From the NCBI RefSeq assembly GCF_000315625.1, contig NW_005434450.1:28891-67276 (forward strand): DNA of 38,386 nt. The letters are read 5' to 3'. Under the pieces are notes generated by a model. It was not told where the DNA came from and ran no database searches. It saw nothing but the letters and a program-made list of their open reading frames with translations. This stretch comes from Guillardia theta CCMP2712 (taxonomy: Eukaryota; Protista; Cryptophyta). A program made the translations under genes and the position numbers. Positions 35,227-38,386 of the stretch are shown here, piece by piece; the first letter of the stretch is position 1, and the number at the start of each line of letters is the position of its first letter.

Positions 35227-35372
35227 CGTCCTCTCCTCCTTCCTCTTCACGACGCCGCGTCCCATACCCTTTATATGAGCATCGCCCCTCGTCCCCGCTC
35301 AAAACTACCTGACAGGCCCGGCGCACTGCCCGGCGCAGGCCTCTGTCCACCAGGTGCCCGGCCGGGCCTCAG

Positions 35373-37913
35373 ATGATGAATCCGCCGAGAGCCTCAGAGC
35401 CACCGCTGCGGGCCCGACTGCCATCATGTCACCCTCGCGCTGCCGGCGGGGCTCCGAGTCCGACCGTCAGTCACGGTTCCGAGGGAGCAGTGAAAAAGCG
35501 GAAAGTGAAAATCGCCATGAGGGCTGCCCTACAGACTCATGGGACCGACCAGGAGGAAGGGATCTGGATAGGGGAGCCAGCAGGGAAGTGGAAAGGGAAC
35601 ACACTGTATGTGGGGGTGGTGCTCCGTGGCAAGTACTATGCCTCTGGTGCGGATGTCTACATTCGAGGAGAGGAAGGGGAGAGACAGGTTTGTCCGGTGC
35701 CGCTCGTGTGATCTTGACTGACATGTGCTGGATGAAGTACATCGCAAGGATAACACGGATGTACGAGAGGGCGTCAGACTCAGCGAGGATGATAGGCTGT
35801 CGCTGGTACTATCGATCGGATGAGACCAACCTGAACAAAGATAAGAAGAAGTCTTCTTCTGGGGTTGACAAGAGCGGTGGTAGCTGTTGGAGCATTGATT
35901 CTGGTTTCAGGCAAACGACCAGGAGCTGTACATTTCTGACGTGGTGGATGACAATCCGGTGAACACGATTGAAGACCTGTGCAATGTTAGGTGGAAGCTA
36001 GATTGTGTGAAGATGTTTCTTATCCTGACTTCACTCAACAGAGCAAAGTTTCTCATTGAGGACATGAATGCTTGGCTGCAGCAAAGGTGGACCTTGAGTG
36101 ATGAATGAAAGTCGTGAGAGTGGTGCAGAAACAACTTCACGTATAGCTTGAAATACGTGCCCACACTTGGAGTCGCAAGGGAACTCAGGTGGGTGCAGAG
36201 AGAAGGAATGGCTGGGTTGTGATTTTCTCTCAAGCGACAAGGACATTCGAGATTCGAAGGCTGCGTTTGCTGCCAACTCGCGGTCTGAACGTCTGACTCA
36301 AGCCTACCAGAGGTCAGCTCCTCCTCCCTTGTATGTCTGCACTGAGAGATGAGTAGTCTCGGCCGCTGCCAGTATGCTAGCCTTGAGGTACCGTTCCAGC
36401 ATAAGGACGAGCTGGAGTCGCAGGTATGGTTGACTGCTGGAGGGTGGACGGGCTGACATTCTTCAACAGAATGTCACCGTCATCATCAAGCAAGGCAAGC
36501 ACCGCACCAGCCTCAAGCAAGGAGCGGAGCTCTGCTGCGCATGGCGCTCTATTCTGTACGGAGTGATCTACAATAAGATCTCGGCGTTCAACAGGGAGAA
36601 GAAGGAAGAGCCACCCCGAGCGCAGACGTTGGCCAAGACCAAGAAGACAGAAGTACCTCTGAACAAGAAGCCCGAGAACGTCGCCAAGCAGAAGACGCCG
36701 GAGGAAGACTTCATTGAGAACCATAAGAAGATTCAATGGATCGGAAGTCCCGTGAAGACGGAGGGTACAAGGACTTACTACTCCAAGGTGCTGTTGGCCA
36801 ACGGCACGGAGGTCAAGGTGGGAACGGCGGTGAAGCTGCTCGCCCCGGACGGAGAGCCTTCGTTCCTGGGGAAGGTGCAGTGCCTGTGGGGGAGCAGTAA
36901 GGATCATTTCAAGATGATGCGATGCAAGTGGTTCTACAGGCCCGAAGAGGCTCCGGGGTACAAGGGAACGGTCCATGCCCGGGAGGTGTTCATCTCCGAG
37001 CACCAGGACGAGCAGTACCTGACCACCATCGAGAAGCCCTGCACTATCATGCACGACTCGGAGATCCCGGGCGAGATCCGAGAAGACTTCCTGAAGCATC
37101 CCGACAACTTCTTCTATCGCATGAAGTACCTACCCGACCGCAACAACTTCGTCGTCCTGAAGGAGCCCGTGGCGATTGACCCTGTCACGGCAGCCAAAGA
37201 CAGGCCGAGCTCTGCGTCCAGGGGCAAGAAGAAGTCAGCAGCCTCTTCCAAAGTCTCAGAGAAGCGAGGGAGCGACACGCCCACGGGCAAGGTGGCGGCA
37301 GAGAGCACGACGAAGCGACCACTAGAGGTGAAGGAGGAAGATGCGGCTCCGAAGACGAAGAAGATCAAGAGCGAGACGAGCGAGAAGGTCGCCGAGAGCG
37401 AAAAGAGCGACAAGAAGGAGAAAAGCGAAGAAGCTGAGACGGCAGCGGCAGCGGCAGCGGCAGCGGCACAGGAAGGAGGCGAGGAGAAAGGACACGACGA
37501 GTGAGTCCTGGGCTGCTAGTGAGGGTCGCTGACGCTGCAGCAGGTCGGGAGGGAAGGGCGACGCCTCCTTCCCCTCCTCCAAGGACGACTGGTACGCTGA
37601 GGAGTCGGAGGTGACCGATGCAGGGCCGCACATGGCATGGGCGAGCGACAGCGTGTTCGGGGTGAGTGTGGAGGGAAAGTCGCAGCTGGGGGAGGACGAG
37701 CGAACCTCGACCAAGGCAGGAGAGGAGGGGTCAGCGGTCGAGGAAGCGCTGCCGGAGAAGAAGGAGATGGAGGGAGCACAGCCGTGGCAAGCCTCCTCCT
37801 CTTCCCTCGAAGCTGAGCCGCATAAGCACGAAGACGGCGCGACTGAAAACACTCCCTTCCTCTCCTCCGCTAACTGGATCTCGAGCTTCGAGGTGGCTGA
37901 CATCAACAGCTGA
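35373..37913 (+). CDS. Tandem BAH-domain chromatin protein
   Basis: BAH1: IWIGEP...YYASGADVYIRGEEGERQ|YIARITRMYE...IGCRWYYRSDET...ELYISDVVDDNPVNTIEDLCNV. BAH2: IQWIGSP...YYSKV...VKVGTAVKL...FLGKVQCLW...RCKWFYRPEE...EVFISEHQDEQYLTTIEKPC...FFYRMKY. A K/E-rich tail follows, with a probable last intron at 37501 and stop at 37913. The start is uncertain. Confidence 0.88.
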
Positions 37914-38027
37914 AGCGCTTGGGACCGCGAGGGGCTGCGAATGAGGAAGGAAAGCGGACATGGTTGTCCGGGGAGGAGAAGGGGAAGGAGGAGGAGAGGA
38001 GTAGAGTCTCTCAACTTGTACATGAAT

Positions 38028-38386
38028 CATTAAGTCCCCGGTCTACTTCCTCTCTCCTCTGTTGCCGGCCGCACGTCCTGAGCAGTCCTGCCACAACCTT
38101 GAGGAGGAGCAGCCGTAGCAGCAGCAGGGAGCAGCTGGGATTTACCTGGGTAGCTGCCGAGAAGCTCTGAGCTCCGCGACGTCTTGAGCACTCAGGGGAC
38201 GAAGTTCTTGCCTGCAGGAGAGTGTGAGGAGAAGTCGGCGAGAAGAGAAGGAGGGAGGGAGAGGGAGGAGGTGGGAGTGACAGGGAGGGAGGGGGGGGGG
38301 GAGGGGTCGTGGAGGGAGGGGCGAGCCGAGTCGGACCGTTGAGACTCGAACGAGGAGGCAGCTCCTGGCACAGCCGGTCTGATGAA
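38028..38386 (-). CDS. 3' exons of a hypothetical gene entering from the right edge
   Basis: AG/GT-bounded segments ending DVRPATEERGSRPGT* near 38030, separated by pyrimidine-rich introns on the minus strand. Confidence 0.4.

Noticed and set aside
34228-35376. Long poly-Ser/His, poly-Leu and poly-Ala/Pro ORFs
   Set aside because: Products of CTG, CTCCTG and GGT/GAT microsatellites plus an N gap.

Overview
Gene-dense, intron-rich eukaryotic nuclear DNA. Most introns are about 40-60 nt and several contain microsatellites. One gene has a signal peptide plus an ASA-F plastid-import motif, which points to an alga with a secondary red plastid; a cryptophyte is my inference, not proven. Hand-splicing supports these genes in order: plastid-targeted YebC/TACO1 (-, runs off the left edge); a poorly resolved hypothetical gene; a divergent pair of tiny acidic-peptide genes missed by the ORF track; QCR7/UQCRB (+); a GRAM + MCTP/PRT_C-like membrane protein (-); a PB1-UIM-charged helix-UBA p62/NBR1-like protein (+); a giant Sfi1-like protein (-) built from near-identical 1836/1623-bp tandem units; DUF1279/FAM210-like (+); TRAP-gamma/SSR3 (-); DUF2256 (+); an MRH/M6PR-like receptor (-); a PaaI thioesterase (+); Asterix/PAT10 (-); a tandem-BAH protein (+); and the 3' end of another gene (-). 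Intergenic DNA shows three recurring signals: GC-rich islands with a shared word vocabulary, strand-oriented GGGGT(A) tracts upstream of genes, and ~10-bp-phased CGTTAC clusters. There are three assembly gaps. I saw no rRNA, tRNA, CRISPR array or transposase. All family calls are by motif recognition, without database searches.
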